From NCBI RefSeq assembly GCF_004010195.1, contig NC_057728.1, forward strand, positions 50,102,892 to 50,166,891: 64,000 nt of DNA, written 5' to 3'. The stretch's first letter is position 1; every line of letters begins with the position of its first letter. The position numbers and the translations under genes are program-made. Below the pieces are notes generated by a model, which saw only the letters and a program-made list of their open reading frames with translations, did no database searches and was not told the DNA's origin. The DNA comes from Chiloscyllium plagiosum (taxonomy: Eukaryota). Shown one piece after another: positions 1-11,978 of this stretch.

Positions 1-292
1 AGAGACTATTTCCCAGGGCAGAAATGACTAACATAAGGGGTCATAGTTTTAAGCTGGTTGGAGGAAAGTATAGAGAGGCTGTCAGAGGCGGGTTCTTTAC
101 ATTGAGAGTTGTGAGACCATGGAATGCGTTGCCAGCAGCAGTTGTGGAAGCAAGGTCATTGGGGACATTTAAGAGACTACTGGACGTGCATATGGTCACA
201 GAAATTTGAGGGTGCATACATGAGGATCAGTGGTCAGCACAACGTCGTGGGCTGAAGGGCCTGTTCTGTGCTGTACTGTTCTATGTTCTATG
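1..292 (+). mobile_element. CR1 (HER1-like) LINE 3' fragment
   Basis: RGHSFKL...FFTLRVVRPWNALP..VVEA ORF2 C-terminal motif and (ctatgtt)n tail. Confidence 0.85.
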
Positions 293-892
293 TAACCCAT
301 CCCTCTACTCTATATTTACCCTGACCAATGCATCTATCACTATGGGTAATTTACCATGGCCAATTCACTTAACCTGGGAAGTTGTTTCTGTTAGGTGGGG
401 AATCTAGGACCCGTGGGCACAGCCTTAAAATTAGAGGGGGTCAATTTATAACGGAAATGAAGAGACATTTCTTCAGTCAGAGAATGGTGGGCCTGTGGAA
501 TTCATTGCCATGTAGCACAGTGGAGGCCAGGCTTTTGGGTGTCTTCAAGGCAGAGATTAATAAATTCTTGATCTCGCAAGGAATTAAGGGCTACTGGGAG
601 AGTGCGGGTAAGTGGAACTGAAATGCCCATTAGCCATGATTAAATGGCGGAGTGGTCTCAATGGGTCAGAAGATTAGGAAAACTCCAAAAACAAACAGAG
701 GACAATAACGAGAGCAGTAAGGAAGGAGAGGATCAAATATGAAGGTAAGCTAGCCAGTACATCATTGGATTGTGGGAGGAAACACATGCAAACACTGGGA
801 GAATGTACAAACTCCACACAGTCACCTGAGGTGGGAACCAAACCCAGGTCCCTGGTGCTGTGAGGCAGCAGTGCTAACCACTGAGCCACCAT
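293..892 (-). mobile_element. HE1-type V-SINE interrupted by a CR1-derived insert at ~374-759
   Basis: Reverse-complement tRNA-like head (ggtggctcagtggttagcactgctgcctcacagc) at 850-890, with core and tail on both sides of the insert. Confidence 0.75.
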
Positions 893-1525
893 TCTTGTGG
901 TACCCTGTCAGACTTTTTAGAAACATAGACACATAATCCAACATGTCTGTTTCCATGCTGTACATCTCTATGACTCTAAACAACGTAAATGGACCTCTAA
1001 TCTCATGATCATAAACCAATTAAAATGAGTTAAATCTAATAGATTCATTCAGGAAATCTCTGATAGCAAACAATAAGAAATCAGATCCTTTATCCCAATC
1101 CTGTGGATATTCCTTGCAGTATACCTTAACCATGGTTTTGAGAGTCTGGCAGTACTTCTCCAAAGCTTCCTGTGTTTACGGATGATACATAATGAGCAAA
1201 AAAAACTGTATTCACTTTTCCAATATTATCCAGCTGTAATTGTCCTTAAAGGAAAAGCCTTTGGGAATCAGGTTATCCTATATAACTGGAAGATTACACT
1301 AATGTCTTGCTCTTGGTTTTGGCAATGATTCTACACAATCCATTAACATTCAACTGAAAGAATCTTCAAACATTGTCAAGATGCCTTAGATGCTTCCTTT
1401 GAAGGAAAAGGAAGATAGACAAAAACTTTCATATCTCCCCATATACTTCTTCTATCTCTGATCTCTTAGTTGTAATTAAAGCTACAATCTGATCCATGGA
1501 CTTTTCAATCTGGGTATTATTTTAG

Positions 1526-4200
1526 ACCATAAGACATAGCAGTGGATGCAAGGCCATTCGACCCATTGAGACCACTCCGCCATTTAATCATGGCTAATGC
1601 GCGTTTCAATTCCACTTACCCGCACTCTCCCAGTAGCCCTTAATTCCTTGCGAGATCAAAAATTTATCAATCTCTGCCTTGAAGACACCCAAAAGCCTGG
1701 CCTCCACTGTGCTCCGTGGCAATGAATTCCACAGGCCCACCATTCTCTGACTGAAGAAATGTCTCCTCATTTCCGTTATAAATTGACCCCCTCTAATTTT
1801 AAGGCTGTGCCCACGGGTCCTAGTTTCCCCACCTAACAGAAACAACTTCCCAGCATTCACCCTTTCTAAGCCATGCATTATCTTGTAAGTTTCTATTAGA
1901 TCTCCCTTCAACCATCTAAACCCTAATGAATACAATCCCAAGATCCTCAGCCGATCATCGTATGTTAGGCCTACCATTCCAGGGATCATTCGTGTGAATC
2001 TCCACTGGACAAGCTCCAGTGCCAGTATGTCCTTCCTGAGGTGTGGGGCCCAAGCTTGGACACAGTATTCTAAAGTCTCAGAAGCACGTTGCACTTTTAT
2101 ATTCCAACCCTCTTGAAATAAATGACAACATTACATTTGCTTTCTTAATCACGGACTCAACCTGCAAATCAACCTTTAGAAAATCCTGGACTAGCACTCC
2201 CAGATCCCTTTATACTTTGGCTTTATGAATTTTCTCACCGTTTAAAAAATAGTCCATTATTGTATTCTTTTTTTCCAAAGTGCAAGACCTCGCATTTGCT
2301 CACATTGAATTTCATCAGCCATTTCTTGGACCACTCTCCTAAACTGTCTAAATCTTTCTGCAGCCTCCCGAACTACCTGCCTGTCCACCTAACTTCATAT
2401 CATTCGTGAACTTTGCCAGAATACCCCCAGTCCCTTCATCCAGATCATTAATATATAAAGTGAACAGCTGTGCCCCCAACACTGAACCCTGCGGGACACC
2501 ACTTATCACCAGCTGCCATTCTGAAAAAGAACCTTTTATCCCAACTCTCTGCCTTCTGTCAGACAGCCAATCCTCAAACCATGCCAGTAGCTCACCTCGA
2601 ACATCATGGGCCCTCACCTTACTCAGCAGCCTCCCGTGAGGCACCTTATCAAAGGCCTTTTGAAAGTCTAGATAGATAACATCAACTGGGTTTCCCCTAG
2701 TCTAACCTAGTCTAACTCTTCAAAGAAATCTAACAGGTTTGTCAGGCACGACCTCCCCTTACTAAATCCATGCTGACTTGTTCTAATCTAACCCTGCACT
2801 TCCAAGAATTTAGAAATCTCATCCTTAACAACAGATTCTAGAATTTTACCTCCAACTGAAGTTAGGCTAATTGGCCTATAATTTTCCATCTTTTGTCTTG
2901 ATCCTTTCTTGAGCAAGGGGGTTACAACAGCGATTTTCCAATCATCTGGGACTTTCCCTGACTCCAGTGATTTTTGAAAGATCACAGTCAGCGCTTCTGC
3001 TATTTCTTCAGCCACCTCTCTCTGAACTCTAGGATGTAGCCCATCGGGGCCAGGGGATTTAATGAATTTTTAGACCTTTTATTTTTTTTAGCACTTTCGC
3101 TTTTGTAATGGCTATCATACTCAACTCTGCCCCTTGAGTCTCATTAATTATTGTGACTCATTACTCATGTCTTCCAATGTGAAGACTGACACAAAGTACT
3201 TATTAAGTTCTTCAGCTATTTCCTTATCTCCCAGCTCTAACTTTCCAGCATCAATACTTTTGCCTCTTGTTTATTTCTTATGTATTGAAACAAACTTCTA
3301 CTATCATTTCTAATATTACTGGCTAGCTTACCTTCATATTTGATCCTTTCCTTCCTTATTGCTCTCGTTATTGTCCTCTGTTTGTTTTTGGAGTTTTCCC
3401 AATCTTCTGATTTCCCAGTGCTCTGGGCCACTTTATAGGCTCTCTCTTTTTCTTTGATACATTTCCTGACTTCCTTTGTTAGACATGGCTGTCTAACCTC
3501 CCCCCACCACCATCAGATAATCTGTCTTTTCTTTGGGGTGAACCTCTGTACTGTGTCCTCAATTACACACAGAAACTCCTGCCATTGTTGCTCTAAGTCT
3601 TCCCCACTCGGCTCTGCTTCCAGTCGATTTTCATCAGTTCCTCTCTCATGCCCCAGTAATTACCTTTATTTAACTGTAACACCATTACATCCGATTTTGC
3701 CTTCTCTTTTTCAAACTGCAGACTGAACTCTACCATATTATGATCGCTGCCTCCTAAGTGCTCCCTTACTTTAAAATCTTTTATAAAGTCTGGCTCATTA
3801 TACAGCACTAAGTTCAGAACAGCCTGCTTTCTTGTGGGCTCCATCACAAGCTGTTCCAAAATGCCATCCTGTAAGCATTCCATGAATTATCTTTCTTTGG
3901 ATCCATCAGCAACATTATTCACCCAGTCCATTTGCATATTGATGTCCCCCATGATCACCATGACCTTGCCTTTCTGACATGCCCTATCTATTTCCTGGTA
4001 CATCTTGCGCCTCTGGTCTCGACCACTGTTAGGAGGTCTATACATAACTCCCAGTATGGTTTATTTGCCTTTGTGGTTCCTCAACTCCACCCACACAGAC
4101 TCGGCATCCTCTGACCCTATGTCATTCAGTGCCATAGATTTAATCTCATTCTTAACCCTCAAGGCAACCCGACCCCCTCTGCCCACCACCCTGTCTTTTT
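1526..4200 (-). mobile_element. CR1 LINE ORF2 (APE C-terminus, RT, C-terminal domain), 5'-truncated and disrupted
   Basis: ORF fragments: HLGGSDHNMVEF (APE end), VPDDWKIAVVTPLLKKG..NYRPISLTS, SGVPQGSVLG..LFTLYINDLD (RT), LEYCVQAWAP..RGHSLK; stops, frameshifts and internal deletions. Confidence 0.93.
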
Positions 4201-4790
4201 GATTTTATGAAATCTAACAAGTCTCATGGGTTTCCCACTCAACTTCTAACATTTTGAATGAATGTGTCCCACCTTCTAACTATAGAAGCACTTTGGCTTC
4301 AGATTTTCAGCTCCACCTTCAGTACTTCTCAATTCTGATCTGATTCAGAATAGAATGCCATTCCCACCAACCATTCTTTAGCTTGGCAACCAGCCTTCCT
4401 TTCATGCTCTCATTATTTATCTTTCTCAAACTAATGAAGGTGATGGAAAAATATGTTTAGTCTTTTCGATCAACTCATAATTATATCAGCCATTATTGTT
4501 CCCTGTCTCACAGGTGTCAACCCTTTGGTCCTCAATAGAAGGCTGCATGACAGAAGCTTGCCAGTTTTAATTTGACTACGAGAATAACTTCTCTAAAAGC
4601 ATCACATGTGATTTGAATTTCTAATGCTCTTATCCACCTGTCAAAATGATTGCCTAGCCTTCTCAAACTTGTTATAGGTTTGCCGATGCTAATACCTCAA
4701 ATAACAAGATCCCTTGCATAAACGCCTCAGGCACTCCCTCAGCACAGCAGTCCATGTGTCAGCATGGATCACGCACTAGAGTCTCCAGAG

Positions 4791-5459
4791 GGAGAAAGTG
4801 AGGACTGCAGATGCTGGAGATCAGAGCCAAAGAGTGTGGTACTGGAAAAGCACAGCAGGTCAGGTTGCATCCGAGGAGGAGGGGGGGTGAAATCAACATT
4901 TTGAGCATAAGGTCTTCATCAGGAATGAGGTTTGTGACCCAAGGGTGCTGAGAGATAAATGGGAGGGGGAGTGGGGCTGGGGGGAAGGTAACTGGGAATG
5001 TGACAGGTAGATGGTTAGGGTTTGGCGGTAGCCCTAACCATCTGATGCCTGGAGGAAGAATGCCTCATCTTCAACCTTGGGACCGTTTAACCACATGGAA
5101 TCAATTTGGATTTCACCAGTTTCCCCATTACCCCTCCCCACACCTTATCCCAAATCTAACCTTCCAACTCAGCACTGCTCTCTTGAACTATCCTACCTGT
5201 CCATCTTCCTTTTCACCTATCCGCTCCACCCTCCTCTCCGACCTATCACCATCACCCCCCCACCTTCATCTACCTATCGCATTCAGAACTACCTTTGACA
5301 ACCTCCCCCAGCCTCACTCCCTCCTATTTATCTCTCTGCCCCCTTGGGACACCCCTACACATTCCTGATGAAGGGCTTATGCTCGAAACGTCGATTCTCC
5401 TCCTGCTCCTCGGATGCTGCCTGACCGGCTGTGCTTTTCCAGCACCACACTCTTCGACT
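4791..5459. mobile_element. Penelope-like element remnant with inverted pLTR arms and 15-bp TSD
   Basis: Arms ~4791-4925 and ~5361-5459 are reverse complements. Degraded GIY-YIG ORF end (LEEECLIFNLGT..PHGINLDF) at ~5050-5120. Flanks ctagagtctccagag (4776-4790) and ctagagtatccagag (5460-5474). Confidence 0.85.
5365..5392 (+). ncRNA. Minimal hammerhead ribozyme motif (PLE-type)
   Basis: CTGATGA-A-GGGC-TTAT-GCTC-GAAA-CG-TC: catalytic core, stem II, palindromic ACGT in place of stem III, GUC cleavage triplet. Confidence 0.7.
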
Positions 5460-6099
5460 CTAGAGTATCCAGAGTCAGACTTGGACATTCGAACTACAGA
5501 GGCTAGTGTGCTCCACGTTGACGTGTGATTGAGGTGGAATCAATAATCACTTAAAGACAGATTAGCTGAAAGCTTACTATTTTACTTTTTATGAGTTACA
5601 TGTTCTCATTTACCAGATTTAAAACATTACAAACTCTGCTCAACTCCCCTCTGCTCCCAAAATTAAAATGCACCTTGGCACTATATCCATCGACTCTTAA
5701 GGTTTTCATTTACATGGGAAGTGAGGAGAGTGAGATCTGCTTTGAGCCATTCAATAATACCAGTACAGGCACAGGACTGAATGGCCACCTTCTGTGCCAC
5801 AACCTTCTATGGCTGTAATACAGTTTTATAGCTATTAGTCCTCAGTTAAACTGCCTCAACATTAAGTATTTGGAAATATTTGAGGTCCATTCTGCGTCTG
5901 GCATGCATTAGTGCTTATTCTACTATGGACGTGAACAGAATTGGTTACACACCTCAAATAGCCCTTCAAATAAGTGGCCATTTCCAAAGGCAATTATGAG
6001 TAAACCACTTTGCTATGGGTCTGGCCAGTCCGAGTAAGGATGGCAGATTTCCCTCCTTAAAGAACATGAGTGAACCAGATCAGTTTCTGCAATAATCAC

Positions 6100-6750
6100 G
6101 TGCAGGTTCAGAGTTCCTTGAAAGTGGAGTCGCAGGTAGATAGAATAGTGAAGGCGGCACTTGGTATGCTTTCCTTTATTGGTCAGTGCATTGAGTATAG
6201 GAGTTGGGAGGTCAATTTGCAGCTATACAGGACATTGGTTAGACCACTTTTGGAATACTGTGTGCAGTTCTGGTCTCCTCCCATCGCAAGATTTACAAGG
6301 ATGTTGCCAGGATTGGAGGGTTTGTGCTATAGGGAGAGGCTGAATAGGCTGGGGCTGTTTTCCCTGGAGCGTTGGCAGTTGAAGGGTGACCTTTTAGAGG
6401 TTTATAAAATCACAAGGTCTTTTCCCTGGGGTGGGGGAATCCAGAACTAGAGGCTATAAGTTTAAGGTGGGAAGGGAAAGATATAAAAGAGAACTTATAT
6501 ATCAGTTCTGTTCACGTCCATATAGCAAACTTTTCACACAGAGGGTGGTGCATATATGGAATGAGCTGCCAGAAGAAGTGGTGGAGGCTGGTACAATTAC
6601 AACATTTAAAAGACATCTGGAAGGATTTAGAGAGATAGGGACCAGGTGCTGGAAAATAGGAAGAGATTAGGTTAGGATATCTGGTTGGCATGGACGAGTT
6701 GAATTGAAGGGTCTGTTTCCGTGCTGTACATCTCTATGACTCTATGACTT
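6100..6750 (+). mobile_element. CR1 LINE 3' fragment
   Basis: LYRTLVRPLLEYCVQFWSP, FTQRVVHIWNELPEEVVEAG; ctatgact tail. Confidence 0.9.
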
Positions 6751-8029
6751 GCCATCACTCAGCCCAGCTTTCATTCCAGATTTATATATTACAATACTAG
6801 TGCACGTCAGTCACAGAATGGACCTCAAATATTTCTAAATACTTAACGCCGAGGCAGTTTCACAACCGAATTTAAATTCCACCAGCTGCCACAGCAGGGT
6901 TTCCAAAACCAGGGGTCACTGGCTGAGGCCAAAAAGGACCGAGATTTCTTCATTCAGAGGGGGTTAGCCCTGTGGAACTCTCTGCCATGGAAAGTGGCTG
7001 TGGCCAAATCTTTGAGTGTTTTCAAGAAGGAGTTTGATATAGTTCCTAGAACCATAAGAATCAAAGATTATGGGAAGAAAGTTGGATGATTGGCCATAAT
7101 CAGAACGAATGGTGGAACAGGGCCGAATGGCCTGCTGCTTCTTCTATTTTCTATGTTTCTACGTTTGAATTGGTTTCTCTGGAGCATTAGCATGTGCCTC
7201 TGGATTATTTGTTCAGTGAAATTACCACTTCTGCCTAAATGGAATATACTGTTCAGCACCTAAACAGACCACAGGCAATGCTCATTTTATTATTCTCTTA
7301 AGCTTAAGCTAATGGTTACAATATAGCTTTGTACACTGACTCCACTTCTTTCAGCAGTCATCCCACAAAAATTGCGATACAAATTCATAGAATCAAATTT
7401 ACTGTTCCAAGTCCATTACACAGTCAGAGCTACAATTATCAATTTGCTCTGATATAGTAAGCCAGGCTAAGTGCACAGTCCAACAGAATCCTCCAAAAAA
7501 TTTTCAGGAACAATGGCTTAATAATTGATAGATCTATCAGGAGTTTCCAAATGTTAAATTTGCAGCAATCCATAATTTAACATTCTGAGGTTAAGCAGAA
7601 ATGTTTTCACATGGAGAGCTGCTGGAGTGCAGATTACATTGCCACAATGGGTAGTTGAGACAGCAACCACTGCATCACTCATAACAAATAAATATTTGAA
7701 GGTACTGCAGAACAAGGAGGCAGTAGTGTGGCAACAGGATTAGTTTTGCATTTCTCTCTGGTCCAGACACCATGGGCTAAATGGCTTCTGCTGCAAAATG
7801 CACAGGTCCCAAATGTAATTTTAACAAAAATAAACTAAATTTGTTCAGTAAGAATTTGACATCAGTGGCTAAAATGAACAGGAGCGTGTGGAAAATGCAT
7901 CTCAGATATACATTAGAGAATCTCACAGCACTGTCGGATGCCATTCAGTGCACTGTCTGTGATAGATCAATATTTAAATTATACAGCTCTGAGCATACAC
8001 ACACTATGTCTGATATGGTATAACTTCGG

Positions 8030-8155
8030 ACAAAGTGAGGACTGCAGATGCTGGAGATCAGAGTCGAGACTGTGGTGCTGGAAAAGCACAGCAGGTCAGG
8101 CAGCATTCAAGGAGCAGGAGAATCGACATTCCGGGCATAAGCCCTTCATCAGGTT
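8030..8155. mobile_element. Single PLE pLTR arm with decayed hammerhead on the minus strand
   Basis: aaagtgaggactgcagatgctggagatcagag...cgacattccgggcataagcccttcatcagg. Confidence 0.75.
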
Positions 8156-8211
8156 CTCCTGAATATAGTGAAAATATCTAATGAAGGTTGCTGATACTCA
8201 CTGATATGTAG

Positions 8212-8365
8212 ATGTGTGTGTGAATGTGGGTGTGTGAGTGCGTGTGAGAGTGTGTGTGCGCGCAAATGTGGGTGTGTGAATGTGGGTGTGTGTGTGAATG
8301 TGGGTGTGTGAGTGCGCGTGAGAGAGTGTGTGTGCGCAAATGTGGGTGTGTGAATGCGGGTGTGT
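8212..8365. repeat. Compound (TG)-rich microsatellite/minisatellite
   Basis: Repeated gtgtgtgaatgtgggtgt units. Confidence 0.9.
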
Positions 8366-8461
8366 TAGAAATGCAGTTCCCTTTAAGGTCCAACCAGAAT
8401 AGCCCCAGAGTTCTCAGAGCAGATGATGTTCATTGGTCTTTGAATTGAACAGCTGGGCTCT

Positions 8462-8670
8462 GGAGGTATTGGTTAGCTCAGCTGACTGGCCAGCTGGTTT
8501 ATGATGTTGAGTGGTACCAACTGCATGGGTTCAATTCCTGGACTGGCTGATGATACTATGAAAGTCTTGCTTTCTCAACCTTGCCCTATAACTGAGGTGA
8601 TTTTCTGGTTAAATAATCACCAGTTGTCTCTTGCATAACAGAGTGAGATGATGTCACCTTTACTGGGATA
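8462..8670 (+). mobile_element. tRNA-derived SINE of an unassigned family; other copies at ~9780-9910 and ~36961-37160
   Basis: A box (ggttagctcagctg/ttgg) and B box (gggttcaattcc); shared body gccttctcaacc..tgaggtg. Confidence 0.6.
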
Positions 8671-8919
8671 CTCTGTGTATCATCCACTGCACTTGCCTTC
8701 CCATCTTTTTTTGTGCCCAGTAGATAGAGCTTATGGTGCTCACCAAAGGTATCACTGCTTTTCAAGAAAGGTGGGCACCATAGAAGATGGAGTGCCTTAT
8801 CTCCCCTTCCAACTCCATTTTGATTTAGTCCCTCCCCCTCTTCCTACCTCTCCCACACCTTTATGAGGCATTGCACATAATTTGATTAATCAGAAACTCG
8901 GGTGTTTTTTTAAACTCAC

Positions 8920-9780
8920 TTCTGGGCCATGGACATCGCTGGCTGGCCAGCATTTTGTTTCTTGTCTTCTAGTTGCCCTTGAGAAGGTGGTGGTGAGCTG
9001 CCTTCTTAAACCACTGCAGTTCGTGTGTTGTATGTTGACCCACAATGCACTAAGGGATGGAATTCCAGGATATTGACCCAGCGACAGTGAAAGAACAGCG
9101 ATATATTTCCAAATCAGGGTGGTGATGGCTTGGAGAGGGACTTGCAGGTGGTGGTTTTCCCATCTATCGGCTGCCTTTGACATTTTACATGGAAGTGGTC
9201 ATGGGTTTGGAAGATGCTAGCTAAAGACCTTTGGTAAATTTGTACCGTACACCTTGTAGATAGTACACACTGCTGCTACGGAGTGTCAGTGGTGGATGGA
9301 GTGGATGTTTGTGGATATGATGCCAATCAAGAGGCTGCTCTGTCCTGGATAGTATCAAGCTTCATGAGTATTATTGGGGCAGAACCCATCCAGGAAAGTG
9401 GGGAGCATTCCATCACACTCCTAACTTATGCCTTGTAGATGGTGGACAGGCTTTGGGGAGTCAGGAGCTGACTTAATTGCCTCAGTATTCACAGCCTCTG
9501 ACTTGCTATTGTAACCACTGTGTTGATGTGATGAGTCCAGTTGGGTTTCTGGTCAGTGTTAACCCCAAGGATGCTGATAGTGGGGGATTTAGTAATGGTA
9601 ATACTGTTGAGTGTCAAGGGATGGTGGTTAGATTGTCTGTTATTGGAGATGGTCATTACCTGGCATTAGTGTGGCATGAATGGTACTTGTCACTTGTTAA
9701 CCCAAACCTAGATAGCGTCTAAACCTTGTTGTATTTGAACATGAACTGTTCAGTATTGGAGGAGTCACAAATGGTGCTGA
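8920..9780 (-). mobile_element. L2/CR1-group LINE (second family) 3' fragment
   Basis: Same family as 13590-14580, 41370-42260, 50170-51490 and 54950-56150; encodes decayed RSVMEYSP.AW.GA.PT.LKKLD.IQDKAA-type C-terminus. Confidence 0.7.
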
Positions 9781-9909
9781 GGGTATTGGTTAGCTCAGTT
9801 GGCTGGATGGCTGGTTTGAGATGCAGACAGATAATTGAACAGCACGAGTTCAATTGTCACAGCAGCCAAAGTCACTATGAAGGTCCTGCCTTCTCAATCT
9901 CTCCTGAGG

Positions 9910-11113
9910 TTTTGATTGAACCCTCCCTCTTTCCCTATCAACACTGCCCCCCTCCCCCACTGGGCTGTCGGATTGCCCCACTGGGCAGTGTTTGTCATTT
10001 GTTAATTGGCTGTTTAGATAAATTGGCGCTGAATCTATTTAAAAAGAGCTAGATTGTTTTTCCCTCGCGGGCAGTATTCATAAGCTAGAGTTGGGTGAAT
10101 TAATAAATTGTTTTCCTAATGACATAATGGTCCCGCTGGGACTTCACTGATGATATTGTACGTAAAACAAGATCTGGGATCGATCACTGTTGGGTGGGTC
10201 CTGAACACCAAGACAGAGCTCTTACGCTCTGAAACAAGTTTGGAAATAAAGAATATTGGGGCAGAGAATGGACCTAGTAGAACAGACAAATCAAGAACAA
10301 TTTTAAAACTTTTACCAAGAGGAGATTGGAAATGTATCTGGTTCCACGTTGGGAGATTTATCAGGTATCAATGGTTGCAGTACAATGCTTAGCCTTTCTT
10401 AGGTCCTTTCCAAGTTATGGTCATGGAACTTCACAGCACAGGAGGAGGCCACTGTAGTAAGATCATGTAAGGATTTGGTAATGGAAGGCAGTCATTACTG
10501 TTTACCAGGCGAAAGTGAGGACTGCAGATGCTGGAGATCAGAGTCAAGAGTGTGATGCTGGAAAAGCACAGCAGGTCAGACAGCATCCGAGGAGCAGGAG
10601 AATTGACATTTCGGGCATAAGCCCTTCATCAGGAATTCCTAATGAAGGGCTTATGCCCGAAACATTGATTCTCCTGCTCCTCGGATGCTGCCTGACTTGC
10701 TGTGCTTTTCCAGCACCACACTCTCAATTACTGTTTACCAGACTGATACTCATATATTGAATTAAGCAGCAAAATATCTTTGGAAAATTTACAAGTGTTT
10801 TATTGTCTGTCTCTGATTTAGCACAAGCCCCAGTTTCCACCTTTCCCTTCTGTACTCCTTCCTGTCCAGAAGCCTATCCTCCACTGAGGAAGAACACATC
10901 CATCAACAGTTTATTAATTCACCCAACTCTGTAATTTATGAACACTGCCCGCGAGGGAAAAAGAGTCTAGCTCTTTTTAAATAGACTCAGCACCAATTAA
11001 ACTAAACACCCAATTAACAAATGACAAACACTACACAGCGGGGCAATCCGACAGCACAGTGAGGGAGGGGAGGGGCAGTGTTGATAGGGAAAGAGGGAAG
11101 GCTTCAATCAAAA
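9910..11113. repeat. Long inverted repeat (arms ~9910-10084 and ~10937-11113), possibly a non-autonomous TIR element
   Basis: ttttgattgaaccctccctctttccctatcaacactgccc...cctcgcgggcagtattcataa versus ttatgaacactgcccgcgaggg...gggcagtgttgatagggaaagagggaaggcttcaatcaaaa. Confidence 0.85.
10509..10726. mobile_element. Palindromic mini-PLE (two inverted pLTR arms, hammerhead motif on each strand) with 15-bp TSD
   Basis: Fold-back centred on aggaattcct (10631-10640); exact TSD attactgtttaccag at 10494-10508 and 10727-10741. Confidence 0.88.
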
Positions 11114-11659
11114 TGGTGCTGGAGGGAGAAATATGTACTCCATCTCCCACAGTGCCCACCTCTCTTGAAAGGCTTTAAGGGTGACAATGGATATTGCACA
11201 TTCTCTCTTCGGGACACTCAGGCACAAATGAAGCAGGGGGAAGAGGAGGAATTACAACTCCCTCTACAGCCCGCTGCATTGAACCTATTCATAGCTACTT
11301 TAGTCAGGCTCAGGAGCAGCCACCCATTGAGGTCCTCCATACTGCCCAAAGACAGAAGCATGGGGCTGGTGTGTAACCAAAAGAACCAAAAAATATTTTT
11401 CAGAAAATTAAAAAGGGACACCACCACCCACAACTAACATGGTCCATGGATTCCTCCACACTGCAAAATAAACAGCTGGGTTTGGAGTCAGTGAGCCACC
11501 TTAACTACATTGCAAAGGATTGCTACATGTAACACCTTCCACCCCAGGACCCCAGTGGAAAGCAGGAGGACCCCTGTGTGGTCAGCCCACCACTGTCCAG
11601 CACCCGATGATACAATGGAATGCCAGGGCATGTCTAAGGAGGATACAGCCCTTCAGGGG

Positions 11660-11978
11660 AGGCGATTACCTAGTCGTATTATCACTGGACTGTGAATTCA
11701 GAGATCCAGGTCATGTTCTGGGGACCTGGGTTCAAATCCCGTCACAACAGATGGTGGAATTTGAATTCAATAAATATCTGAAATTAAGAGTCTAATGATG
11801 ACCGTGAATCAATTGTCGGAAAAACCTGGGAAGGGAACTGCATCCTCATCTGTTCTGGCCTACATGTGACTCCAGACCCACAGCAATGTGGTTGATTTTT
11901 AACTGCCCTCTGGGCAATTAGGGATGGGTAATAAATGCTGGCCCAGCCAGCGGCATCCTCATCCTGTGAATGAATAAA
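11660..11978 (+). mobile_element. tRNA-derived SINE sharing its 3' tail with the L2/CR1-group LINE; other copies ~22010-22290(-), 51610-51960(-), 62200-62830(-)
   Basis: B box gggttcaaatccc; tail gggcaattagggatgggtaataaatgctggccc...gaatgaataaa. Confidence 0.7.

Noticed and set aside
7252..7272. REST/RE1-like site (ttcagcacctaaacag)
   Set aside because: Right half-site lacks GGACAG and the spacing is off.
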